A stretch of 64,000 nucleotides of DNA. Origin: Chloroflexota bacterium (GTDB lineage: Bacteria > Chloroflexota > UBA5177). Location: positions 14,628 to 78,627 of the forward strand of contig JBPCMQ010000009.1 in the NCBI GenBank assembly GCA_051002135.1, in the 5' to 3' direction. Both the position numbers and the translations under genes were made by a program. Positions 29,940-39,238 of the stretch are shown here, piece by piece (the stretch's first letter is position 1; each line of letters starts with the position of its first letter). The notes beneath the pieces are model-generated. The model was not told where the DNA came from and searched no databases. It worked only from the letters and a program-made list of their open reading frames with translations.

Positions 29940-31151
29940 TTAGGAGCGTCGTCTGGGGCGTGGCGTCGAGCTGGACCGAGCGCGATAGACGGCGAGGATC
30001 CCGAGGATGATGGAAGCTACCAGGCCTTTTCGCTCCACGGCGCGCTCGAACATCTGTTTCCGATCTTGGTGCTGTCCCACCGGTGCCACCATTGCATGGC
30101 GATGCGAGTTGGTTGACCGGCTATTCCTCACCCCAGCATCCGCGGAACGCTGTGATTCTCGTTTCGGGACTGCATCTATCGGAGACTCTCGGGATGATGC
30201 CGGCATGCGGTTTTCCCCGCTCGTCGCCGTCACGGGCGCCTTTGCAATTTCCTGAAGGTCGGGGGTCGTGCTCTCGGTGAGCTCCATCAGAGACGACGTC
30301 GCGCCCAGCCCTGAATCAGTGACCGTTTCCCGCAGTGCGGAACTCTCGTCAATGACCGTTTCGAAGGCAAATTGGGCGGGCTCATATGCGCGCGTGCGAA
30401 CCACCGGCTCCGCCGTGATAACTGAAGGACGCATATCCGGTGCGGGCATGCCGAACTTTGCGTTCAGGTCCCGACCAGAATCCTCGGCCTTCTCCGCGTC
30501 GGCGACGATGCCCACGTCGGCGTCGGTGTCATCCTGTGGGGCATGCTTGGACGCTCCGATGGATTCTGCCGGCAGTGAGGCAAGCGGCTCGTCGGCGACA
30601 CCGTGTTTCTTGGACGGACTTACTTCGGAGTGGACGTCCGCGGACGCCCGGGCCGAGTCCAACCGAAACCAGGACTCCTCCCTCACCGTCTCTTCGGGAA
30701 TCCACTCGTCCCTCCCGTCCACAAATGTGCTCTCACGTCGCCCGCGTCGTCGAAGGCCTAGTCTGGCACCCAGGTGTCTGTTGTTGTCCGGCCAACCCGG
30801 GACGGCGGTTTGTTCGCGAGCCTTTTTCGAGTGGTTCGGGAATAGGCCCACATGTATGGCGCAGGGATCCGAGGCGGCAACGACGCTTCCCTGGGAGTCA
30901 ATCTCCCGTGCCTGGAACAGGTGATGTCCGTCGTCCAGCCGCTCGAACGCTACCCTCCACATCCCGGTGTTGTCCGCTGAAGCCGTTGCGGCAGGCAGGC
31001 TCCAGTCTAGGATCTCGAGCTTCGCGTTCTGTCTCGCCGTTCCGACCAGGTCGAACGTGCTGATTGACAGGTATGATCCCGACTGAGGCGAACCGATGAC
31101 GGGACTTTTCCCGTCGTCTTGGGCCGCTGAACCTGACTGAACCCCTGTCAC
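29940..31151 (-). CDS. Hypothetical protein: Ig-like N-terminal domain, acidic disordered linker, C-terminal TM anchor
   Basis: PVIGSP..VGTA..ADNTGMW...LDDGHH pattern resembles a bacterial Ig-like domain; GLVASIILGILAVY plus basic tail; GAGGAG RBS. Confidence 0.6.
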   Translation of the reverse strand: MTGVQSGSAAQDDGKSPVIGSPQSGSYLSISTFDLVGTARQNAKLEILDWSLPAATASADNTGMWRVAFERLDDGHHLFQAREIDSQGSVVAASDPCAIHVGLFPNHSKKAREQTAVPGWPDNNRHLGARLGLRRRGRRESTFVDGRDEWIPEETVREESWFRLDSARASADVHSEVSPSKKHGVADEPLASLPAESIGASKHAPQDDTDADVGIVADAEKAEDSGRDLNAKFGMPAPDMRPSVITAEPVVRTRAYEPAQFAFETVIDESSALRETVTDSGLGATSSLMELTESTTPDLQEIAKAPVTATSGENRMPASSRESPIDAVPKRESQRSADAGVRNSRSTNSHRHAMVAPVGQHQDRKQMFERAVERKGLVASIILGILAVYRARSSSTPRPRRRS

Positions 31152-31391
31152 CCTGGTCTCCTCGATGTTCGGGAGAGCCTCCGCCGCTCCTTGCCCTCAT
31201 CCACTCTGGTCGGGAGACGATCGTAGGCAACGGCGTTCCTTCTCCTGCGCCTCTCCAGTGTACGAAACGCAGGTCACGCCCGCGATACCTCGTTCACGTG
31301 CGAGAACCGCGACTGCTCGAGCCTGTCGGATTCGTCCGGGCAGGAGGGCGGCAGGAGACCGGCCTGTTCGAGACCACCGCTATAATCCGCC

Positions 31392-31652
31392 ATGACATCC
31401 GTTATGCGTTTTGGACTACTGATCGTGGTCCTGATCGCCTGTGGAGCGATCGTCGCCGCTCACGGGATTAGAGGAGTCGGATTCCTGCTGGTGCTGGGCC
31501 TGGCGGCCGGACTTCCGCGGACGCGGGCCTGGCGAATGATCGAAGGGCCACTGGTTCGACTTACCGGCTCCAGGCAGCGGGCGGCGGCCGTGCTCATGGT
31601 GGTGGTGGTCGCCGTTCTGGCGGGCGTGAATCTGTACGCCTACGTGCGTTGA
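31392..31652 (+). CDS. Small membrane protein
   Basis: Three hydrophobic segments; TATAAT at 31381 just before the ATG suggests a leaderless transcript. Confidence 0.65.
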   Translation: MTSVMRFGLLIVVLIACGAIVAAHGIRGVGFLLVLGLAAGLPRTRAWRMIEGPLVRLTGSRQRAAAVLMVVVVAVLAGVNLYAYVR

Positions 31653-31657
31653 AGTCG

Positions 31658-32578
31658 CTACTCGGCGGCGTGGGAAGCGGCGCGAACTCGAACCGGCACC
31701 AGGGCCGCGGCAGCCGCGCGCGCCGCCTCGACCTGCACGTGCTCTCTCAGGGCTGCTTGCAGAGCCGCGATACCCGCCGCCGCCTCAGCGCGGCCCGGCC
31801 GCGCAACCGTTAGCCGCTGAAATGCCAGCCCAGGCCACAGAACCGCTCGCCATTTGGTTTGACCGAGCATCACAATTTCAAAGGCCACGCACAGGGCAAT
31901 GAGCGGAACCGCTACCGTGATGACGTAGCCGGCGAAGCCGGAGACGAGAGAGCCGATAACCATTCCCGGTACCATAAACACTATCGACAGCGTAGCCAGA
32001 TTGGTGCCGCACCGGGGATGATACAGAGTCCGCGTGGCGGCATTCTCGACGGTCAAGTCCATCTCTGCTTCGTATGCAGCTATGGCCTGGTGTTCGCCTC
32101 CATGAAAACGCCAGATGCGCCCAAACTGTGGCACCGCACGCGTCATCGCGATCAACGAGAAAAACAGCACAAGCTGAAGAAGTGAGGAGAGCACGGCGTG
32201 CCAGTATGTCGGGAGGCCGGCGAAGAACACGTTCAAACCGCTCGAGACGAGTCCGATCGCCAGGACGGTGGCAAGGATCGGGAGCGAAATCTTGCGGCCC
32301 TTGGTGGGCCTCCATCCCTTCACAACGAGAGCCAGCTGAGAAACGAGCTTCGGCAGGATGCGGACGAAGAGGAGCTTTTCAATGGGGTGCGGCCGGCGCT
32401 CGGGGAGTGGAAAAGCCTCGACCGCCAGTATGCCGTTTGGTCCCTCGCGCGCGATTGCAACCGCGAGCGGTGTCAGCATCATGACGCCGTCGGCAAGGGC
32501 GGAGCCGCCAACGCGGATGCCAGGGGGTAATCGCTCGGACACGGAAGTCTCCTCGGGCCCCGGCATTTTCGGAGCCAA
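31658..32578 (-). CDS. DUF1385 domain membrane protein
   Basis: VGGSALADGVMM, FHGGEH, HPRCGTN, PGLAFQRLT. Confidence 0.85.
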   Translation of the reverse strand: MAPKMPGPEETSVSERLPPGIRVGGSALADGVMMLTPLAVAIAREGPNGILAVEAFPLPERRPHPIEKLLFVRILPKLVSQLALVVKGWRPTKGRKISLPILATVLAIGLVSSGLNVFFAGLPTYWHAVLSSLLQLVLFFSLIAMTRAVPQFGRIWRFHGGEHQAIAAYEAEMDLTVENAATRTLYHPRCGTNLATLSIVFMVPGMVIGSLVSGFAGYVITVAVPLIALCVAFEIVMLGQTKWRAVLWPGLAFQRLTVARPGRAEAAAGIAALQAALREHVQVEAARAAAAALVPVRVRAASHAAE

Positions 32579-32642
32579 CCTGGCATAACCTTAACGAGTA
32601 GAGGTGAGTTACGTCTATGGGACAAAAGGGGGATTCCTGGCC

Positions 32643-32933
32643 CTACCGTTGCTTCGATACTATGCGCCCACGCGTCAGATTGTAAGGAGAAATCTCGACG
32701 GTTACAGTGTCGCCCGGCACGAGTCGGATATAGCGCATCCGCATCGGTTCCGAAATGTGGGCGAGGACCTTATGGCCGTCCCGCAAACGGACCGCGAACA
32801 TGGAGTTGGGGAGCGCTTCGGCGACGGTGCCGTCGATCACCGCGGGAATGTGCTCTCGGCGGACTTTCGAGCCCTGTGAGTCGGGGTCATGGCCGGGTAG
32901 ATTCGGTCCCTGTACGTCCTGACGGTCCGACAA
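32643..32933 (-). CDS. infA: Translation initiation factor IF-1 (paralog with N-terminal extension)
   Basis: [54 protein letters not shown]; AGGAG RBS then TTG. Confidence 0.88.
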   Translation of the reverse strand: MSDRQDVQGPNLPGHDPDSQGSKVRREHIPAVIDGTVAEALPNSMFAVRLRDGHKVLAHISEPMRMRYIRLVPGDTVTVEISPYNLTRGRIVSKQR

Positions 32934-33044
32934 TCGCCGCTCCTAGAAAAGCCGAATGATATGACGATTCTAGCCTTCACGCGCCTGGTGGCGGAGAAGG
33001 CGCCCGTATGCGCGTCCGCGGCTGCCCTTAGAATGGTGTAGCCG

Positions 33045-33389
33045 TTGGGGCGGAACCCCCTCAGGGAGGTTCGGCACGTGGAAGGACACGAGGAAGTCGG
33101 CGTTACCTTTGTGACGCTGTATGCGCGGATAGTGTACGAGCTGGCCGGGAACCCTCGCATGGCACAGGAGACACTCGCCAGACGCCTGGATGTCACGATG
33201 CGCACGGTGCAGCGCCATCTTGCCACTCTGGAGCAGGAGGGATATCTTCGCATCCGGCGCGAGAGAAAGCCTTTTACCTACGAGGTCGACTGGAATCGAC
33301 CGATCCCCTACTTTGGTCAACTACGCGTTGCTACGTTTCGACCCGAGCTACTCGACCGGTTGGCCCGGCTGGACAGAGAGACGGGGTAG
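33045..33389 (+). CDS. Small winged-HTH protein
   Basis: MAQETLARRLDVTMRTVQRHLATLEQEGYL; true start likely 33078 or 33111. Confidence 0.75.
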   Translation: MGRNPLREVRHVEGHEEVGVTFVTLYARIVYELAGNPRMAQETLARRLDVTMRTVQRHLATLEQEGYLRIRRERKPFTYEVDWNRPIPYFGQLRVATFRPELLDRLARLDRETG

Positions 33390-33420
33390 GTGAGAGCGGC
33401 ACGGGAGTTGCTTACCGTCC

Positions 33421-34689
33421 ATGAAAGAACAGCGGGAAACGGTGCCGCGGATGCTGGATAGAGGGGGTAAGGTGTCCTTGGCTATCGGGGGCGGTCAGTT
33501 CGAGAGGGTGGCCGACACGGTCACCGAACGGACCGCAGATTTGCTCAGCACGCAGGTGTCCGTTATCGACGCCCATGGACGGATCGTGGCGAGCAGCGAG
33601 TCCGGGCTTCTCGGTGTCACGCTGTATCCGGAAGATCAGAACTATGTGAACGCGTATCTACGTGTGCCGCTGCGGATTAACAACGAGGCCGGAGAGGTAC
33701 TTATAGCGGAGCCACGAAACGGCGAGGCTATATCGCCTCGTCTCGCGCAGGTGCTAGCCGAGCTGATCATCGATCAGACAGCGGTTGTCGACCGGCTGCC
33801 CAACAAGCACGAGCTGAAAAACAAGCTGATTCACGATCTCCTCCATGGCTCCACAGGGGAAGAGGCAACGATTCTTCGCGAAGCGCAGATTCTCGGTATG
33901 GATTTGGGCCCTCCCCGGGTCGTCATCCTGATTGACGCTGCGGACTACATCCTCGCCCCTCCATCTCGCGGCGTGGGGAATCCGTCCGAGGCGCGCATTC
34001 GACGCCGCGCTCAGCTCGTCATCGGAAACGTCGTCGACTTCTTCGAGCTACCGAACGACACCATCTGTGCGTATATAGGGAATGGTGAGGTCGCCGTGCT
34101 GAAGGCGAGCAACAGGAAGAATCTGGGGATCTGGGTCGATCAGGACCGCGCTCCCGATGCAGGCAACCCATCCTGGGCCAATCTGGCCGCTCTGAAGCGC
34201 GCCGCCCTGGCCCTTCTTGCCCGCCTGCGCACCGATACTCGTGCCGACATCAGCGTCGGTATCGGGCGCTACCACGCGGGACTTCGTGGCCTCTCGCGCT
34301 CGTATGAAGACGCGCGCGCCGCTCTATCGCTCGGCTGTCGCTTCCACGGTCACAACCAGGTGCATTGTCTGGACGGGCTTGGTATCGCCGCTTTCGTTGG
34401 CGTGTCGGACGAGCGCACCAAGGTCGAGCTTGCCAAATACGTCTTGAGCCCGCTTGACCATGAGCCCGAGCTCCTGGTGACGCTGCAAACGTTCTTCGCG
34501 GACGATTGCTGTCCGTCCGAAACCGCGGCCGCTCTGTCGATCCACCGCAACACGTTGAGCTACCGTCTCGACAAGATCACCTCGCTGACTGGTCTCGATC
34601 CACGCCGGTTTGACGACGCGGTCCAGATACGTCTTGCTCTCACCCTTCGTTCCCTGCAGATCGATCCGCGTGATTGTGCAGATGCATAG
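33421..34689 (+). CDS. CdaR/PucR family transcriptional activator
   Basis: N-terminal VSVID..GRIVAS sugar-diacid-recognition-like region, SVGIG, SYEDAR, ETAAALSIHRNTLSYRLDKI. Confidence 0.9.
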   Translation: MKEQRETVPRMLDRGGKVSLAIGGGQFERVADTVTERTADLLSTQVSVIDAHGRIVASSESGLLGVTLYPEDQNYVNAYLRVPLRINNEAGEVLIAEPRNGEAISPRLAQVLAELIIDQTAVVDRLPNKHELKNKLIHDLLHGSTGEEATILREAQILGMDLGPPRVVILIDAADYILAPPSRGVGNPSEARIRRRAQLVIGNVVDFFELPNDTICAYIGNGEVAVLKASNRKNLGIWVDQDRAPDAGNPSWANLAALKRAALALLARLRTDTRADISVGIGRYHAGLRGLSRSYEDARAALSLGCRFHGHNQVHCLDGLGIAAFVGVSDERTKVELAKYVLSPLDHEPELLVTLQTFFADDCCPSETAAALSIHRNTLSYRLDKITSLTGLDPRRFDDAVQIRLALTLRSLQIDPRDCADA

Positions 34690-34731
34690 TTGAATCGGAT
34701 TGAGCCCCGAAACCTTTGTGCAGTTGCACGA
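34674..34731. promoter_or_regulatory. Two putative CdaR-family binding palindromes
   Basis: TTGTGCA-GA-TGCATAG (34674-34689) and TTGTGCA-GT-TGCACGA (34716-34731), 42 bp apart, upstream of the heptose operon. Confidence 0.6.
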
Positions 34732-34894
34732 TGCACCCCGCGCGCGTGCTGGCTACCATGGATGAGAAGGGAAGGGTGGCGAACAGAGTTGTGGCTGGAA
34801 CGGGAGTGGGGGAGGCTATCACGAGCAGGCGCGCTCACGTCTACGAACGTGTCACGGGAGCGGCGAGCGGCGGGATTCGCCGCGGAGCGCCGGT

Positions 34895-35524
34895 GTGAGT
34901 CGCCGCGCCGTGTTTCTCGACCGCGACGGCACTCTCGTGCATCCTCGCCGCTACCCGTCATCCGCTGACGACCTGCGACTGTACGAGGGCATCGGACCAG
35001 AACTGTGCGCCGTGCAGCAGCGAGGCTTTCTGCTGGTCGTGATCACTAACCAGGCAGGGATCGCTCGCGGCCTCTTCACCGAGGAAGATCTAGAGGCTAT
35101 GAACGATCATTTGCGCGCCGAGCTCGCACGCCTTTCGGTCCGCCTCGACGGTATCTATCACTGTCCGCATCACGTCGACGGCGTGATTCCCGCGCTTTCC
35201 ATCAGTTGTGACTGCCGAAAGCCGGCGCCAGGGATGCTGCTGTGCGCCGCCTCGGATCTGGACATAGACCTCACCGAATCCTGGTTTGTTGGAGACATTC
35301 TGGACGATATCGAGGCGGGCCGGCGGGCCGGCTGCCGCACCGTTCTAGTGGACCTCGGGACCGAGCCGCCGCCCACGAAGCCGGAGCGAATGCCGCACTA
35401 CGTGGCGCGCGACACAGTGCGCGCACTTCACGTCATCCAGGCAATCGAAACCCGCGAGCAGGTTCCGGACCCGGATTACCGTCCGTCGGGGTGGAGCGGC
35501 ACACGCGGTGAGCCGGTCAGATGA
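34895..35524 (+). CDS. gmhB: D-glycero-D-manno-heptose 1,7-bisphosphate phosphatase-like HAD hydrolase
   Basis: FLDRDGTL, TNQAG, CPHH, CDCRKPAPG, VGDILDD. Confidence 0.85.
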   Translation: MSRRAVFLDRDGTLVHPRRYPSSADDLRLYEGIGPELCAVQQRGFLLVVITNQAGIARGLFTEEDLEAMNDHLRAELARLSVRLDGIYHCPHHVDGVIPALSISCDCRKPAPGMLLCAASDLDIDLTESWFVGDILDDIEAGRRAGCRTVLVDLGTEPPPTKPERMPHYVARDTVRALHVIQAIETREQVPDPDYRPSGWSGTRGEPVR

Positions 35525-37011
35525 TGACGGCCATCGATGTGGTGCAGGGTTTTCGCGATGTGCGCGTTCTCCTCCTGGGCGACGCCATGCTCGATACATA
35601 TCTTGAAGGGAGCGCCGAGCGTCTGTGCAGGGAGGGACCGGTCCCGGTCGTGCGCCGGACAAGCGAAGGCCACGCGCCGGGAGGAGCCGCCAATACGGCC
35701 GTCAACCTGAGGGCTCTGGGAGCCGAGGTTTACTTCCTGAGCGTGGCGGGTGAGGACTCCGCCGGTTCGCTGCTGCGAAGGTCATTGCGTGAGCACGGTG
35801 TCGACGACCGATGGGTGCTCGAGGAACCCACGATCGCAACCCTGCACAAGCTCCGGGTTCTGGCGGACGACCAGTACGTGGTGCGATTCGACTCTGGAGA
35901 TGTCTTCGAAATCTCCGTTTCGATGAAAGAGACAATGCTCGATTCGTTGACCGAGCTGTATCCCCGCTGCGACGTGGTCGTGATTTCTGACTACTGTTAC
36001 GGCTCGATCTTTCCGGGTGTGCTTCGAAGGCTGGGTGATCTGCGCCGATCACGTCCCCGCCCTCTTGTTGTCGACTCCAAAAACCTCCGAAACTTCCATG
36101 GACTGAACGCCACGATCGTCGCTCCTAACCTGCTGGAAGCCCGGCTGGTGACCGAAGCGCCTGACCCGCACCCGCATTGCGCGAACATCGTCGATGCGGA
36201 GCGCACCGCACATTGCCTGCTCGAGCTGGTTGACGCCGAGCACGTCGCTATCACAATGGCTGGCAAAGGCGTTCTCCTGGCCTCTCGCGGCGGCAAGACG
36301 TGCCGTCTGCCCACACACCCGGTGGCCCGGGCCAACGATGTGGGCGCTGGAGACTCGTTTACGGCGGCAGTAGCGCTAGCCTTAGCCACTGGAGCAGACC
36401 CTGCCATGGCCGTCCGTGTCGGTATAGGCGCAGGCAGCATCGCTGTTACTCGACCTCGAACCGCGATCGTGCAACAGCAGGAGCTGTTGCAGCGCGTAAG
36501 CCTGGACGATGGCGCCGAGCCTCCGGTAGCACGCGATGTGGCTTGGCGTGTCCGTCAGGAACAACGGTCCGGACGGACCGTCGTGTTTACCAACGGGGTC
36601 TTCGACATCCTTCACGCAGGACACGTCCACTTCTTGAGACAGGCAAAATGCCTGGGTGATGTACTGATCGTGGGCGTGAACACTGACCGGAGCGCGCGGA
36701 CGTTGAAGGGCAAGAACCGACCCATCAACAGCGAACGTGATCGACTCGCTCTGGTACGAGCCCTGGATTCGGTGGACGACGCGATTCTTTTCGACGAAGA
36801 AACCCCGTCCGCGGTGATTCTCACTCTGCGTCCGGACGTTCACGTCAAAGGAGGGGACTACGCCGGCGAGTCTCTGCCGGAGGCGGATGCCGTGCGCGCG
36901 GTCGGCGGCCGCCTGGAGATCCTGCCACTGGTGGGTGGGGTCAGCACTACCGGTGTCATCGATCGCATCCTGGCCCTCGCTCTCGAGGGAACGGCAGGAG
37001 GTATCGAGTGA
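35521..37011 (+). CDS. hldE: Bifunctional heptose kinase/adenylyltransferase (HldE/RfaE-like)
   Basis: PfkB domain (GGAANTA, DVGAGD) plus FTNGVFDILHAGH, VGVNTD and KGGDY. Confidence 0.9.
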   Translation: MMTAIDVVQGFRDVRVLLLGDAMLDTYLEGSAERLCREGPVPVVRRTSEGHAPGGAANTAVNLRALGAEVYFLSVAGEDSAGSLLRRSLREHGVDDRWVLEEPTIATLHKLRVLADDQYVVRFDSGDVFEISVSMKETMLDSLTELYPRCDVVVISDYCYGSIFPGVLRRLGDLRRSRPRPLVVDSKNLRNFHGLNATIVAPNLLEARLVTEAPDPHPHCANIVDAERTAHCLLELVDAEHVAITMAGKGVLLASRGGKTCRLPTHPVARANDVGAGDSFTAAVALALATGADPAMAVRVGIGAGSIAVTRPRTAIVQQQELLQRVSLDDGAEPPVARDVAWRVRQEQRSGRTVVFTNGVFDILHAGHVHFLRQAKCLGDVLIVGVNTDRSARTLKGKNRPINSERDRLALVRALDSVDDAILFDEETPSAVILTLRPDVHVKGGDYAGESLPEADAVRAVGGRLEILPLVGGVSTTGVIDRILALALEGTAGGIE

Positions 37012-38132
37012 TTGACGTGCGTTGGCAAGAGGCGCGCCGTGTCCTCGTGGTGCGGCTGGACAATCTCGGCGACGTGCTCGTCACGACGCCCGCTATCCAC
37101 GCCATCAAGAGATCGCTGCCGGAGGCCCACGTCACGTTGCTTTCCAGCGCGCTCGGAGCGCAAGCCGGGCGGCTCAATCCGGATGTGGACGACGTACTCG
37201 TGCACGAGGCACCATGGATGGACCCGTGGCGCCGGCTACCACAAGACCCGGAGCGCGAAATGCGGGCGATCGCAGGACTCCGTGACGGACGGTTCGACGC
37301 CGCGGTGATTTTCAGCTCGTTTCGGCAGAGTCCGCTGCCCGCAGCGTATCTCTGTTATCTCGCCGGCATTCCCTTGCGCCTGGCGGCATCCATTGACGGG
37401 CCGGGCTCGCTATTGACCACACGTCACAAGCGTCCCCCGGGCATCATGCATGAGGTGGAGCTGGGCCTCGATCTCGTGGGGGCAGTCGGTCTGGAGACCG
37501 ACGAGCTAGATCTCGTCCTCCGCGTCTCTGGGGAGGATTTGCGGAGCGCCGTGGACATCTTGCCGCCTCGTACGGGACCGGTGATTGTCGTACATGCGGG
37601 CTGTACCATGCCGGCGCGCACCTACCCCTGGGAGATGTTTGCGCAGGTTGCCGATCTACTAGTGGAGCGGCTGAACGCCATCGTGGTTTTGACGGGATCT
37701 GATGGTGAGAGAGACCTCGTGTCCGCGATCCGGGAGCGCATGCTCTATGACGCCATCGACCTTGCCGGCGCCGCAGCGTTCCCCGTCTTCTGCGGTGTCG
37801 TACAGTGTGCGGATCTTGTCATCACCAACAACACGGGTCCGATGCACGTTGCCGCCGCTGTGAAGACTCCGGTCGTGGCTCTCTTCGCTCTCACGAATCC
37901 GCCGGAGCAGTGGGGCCCATGGCGGGTGCCGCACCGGCAGCTGTTTCACGACGTGCCCTGCCGCATTTGCTACAGCCGCGTGTGCCCATACGAGCTGGAG
38001 TGCCTGCGCTACGTTACGCCGAACAAAGTGACGGCGGCGGCGGCGGAGTTGCTGGGTGAGGGGCGGCGTGGAGCACATGACTACGAGAGGCCGGAGCCGC
38101 TGGCCGTGGGCACCGGAGGTGTGATTCGATGA
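37008..38132 (+). CDS. Glycosyltransferase family 9 (heptosyltransferase-like)
   Basis: RLDNLGDV, TNNTGPMH, C-terminal CxxC...CP...C. Confidence 0.9.
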   Translation: MIDVRWQEARRVLVVRLDNLGDVLVTTPAIHAIKRSLPEAHVTLLSSALGAQAGRLNPDVDDVLVHEAPWMDPWRRLPQDPEREMRAIAGLRDGRFDAAVIFSSFRQSPLPAAYLCYLAGIPLRLAASIDGPGSLLTTRHKRPPGIMHEVELGLDLVGAVGLETDELDLVLRVSGEDLRSAVDILPPRTGPVIVVHAGCTMPARTYPWEMFAQVADLLVERLNAIVVLTGSDGERDLVSAIRERMLYDAIDLAGAAAFPVFCGVVQCADLVITNNTGPMHVAAAVKTPVVALFALTNPPEQWGPWRVPHRQLFHDVPCRICYSRVCPYELECLRYVTPNKVTAAAAELLGEGRRGAHDYERPEPLAVGTGGVIR

Positions 38133-39238
38133 ATCCATGGCTCCAGGCTAGAAACATTCTGGCAGTGCGACTGGACAACATAGGCGACGTCGTCATGGTT
38201 GGCCCCGCCTTGCGGGCGGTCAAGGAGTCGTCTCCGTTGGCGCGAGTTACGCTGCTTGCCAGCGCCGCGGGCGCAGCCGGGGCCTCTCTCTTGCCCTGGG
38301 TCGATGACGTCATCACCGTCCGTCCGATCTGGCAAGATGTCCACGCGCGCGTGCCTTTTCACCCTGACCGGGACATCGAATTCGCTGGTTCGCTTGCGGC
38401 GCGCGACTTCGACGCAGCTCTCATCTTCACGTCCTTCAGCCAGACTCCACATGTTCCCGGTTACGTCTGCTATCTCGCGGGCATCCCTCTGCGGGCGGGC
38501 GAATCAAAAGAATTCGCGGGCGGTACGCTGACTACCGAGCTCAAGGGCGCTTCAGACGAGATACACCAGGCGGAGCGGAATCTCCGCCTGGTCGAGGAGG
38601 TTGGATTCTCCGGCCGGGATCGTCGTCTTTCTATCGATGTGGGGATCGAAGCGCGTGCTGCCGCGCCTCATCTGCTTCAGAAGACAGGCCTTGATCCTTC
38701 CGAGCCGTATATCGTTCTTCACCCCGGCGCCAGTGCCGAGGCGCGCCGGTATCCGTGTGACCGATTTGGGCACGTGGCATGCGGACTGAACGATCTGGGG
38801 TGGCAGGTGCTGGTTACGGGCACGGAAAAGGAAAGCGCACTTGTGCACGAGGTTACGCTCTATGCTCCCGGAGCGCATGTATTTCTTGGCGGCGCCGACC
38901 GGCGAGACGGCCCGTCACTCCGAGACTATGCAGCGCTGATCGAGAGCGCGGCTCTCGTTGTGTGCGGCAATACGCTGCCGCTGCATCTCGCGGATGCACT
39001 CGGAGTCCCATTGATAGTGCTGTATAGTGGCACCGATCGCGAGGAACAGTGGCGTCCACGGTCCACACGCGCGACTTTGCTCCGGCGCCCGACCTCGTGC
39101 CATCCCTGCTACCTATTCCAGTGTCCCATCGGAAAGCCCTGCCTGGACATTCCTCCGCAAGAGGTGGTGGACAGTGCCCGCGCCATGCTCGAGAGTGATC
39201 CGCAGCGTGCTCCACTCGTGTTAATGGGCGCGTCATGA
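38129..39238 (+). CDS. Glycosyltransferase family 9
   Basis: RLDNIGDV, HPGAS..ARRY, GNTLPLH, CHPCYLFQCP. Confidence 0.9.
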   Translation: MNPWLQARNILAVRLDNIGDVVMVGPALRAVKESSPLARVTLLASAAGAAGASLLPWVDDVITVRPIWQDVHARVPFHPDRDIEFAGSLAARDFDAALIFTSFSQTPHVPGYVCYLAGIPLRAGESKEFAGGTLTTELKGASDEIHQAERNLRLVEEVGFSGRDRRLSIDVGIEARAAAPHLLQKTGLDPSEPYIVLHPGASAEARRYPCDRFGHVACGLNDLGWQVLVTGTEKESALVHEVTLYAPGAHVFLGGADRRDGPSLRDYAALIESAALVVCGNTLPLHLADALGVPLIVLYSGTDREEQWRPRSTRATLLRRPTSCHPCYLFQCPIGKPCLDIPPQEVVDSARAMLESDPQRAPLVLMGAS

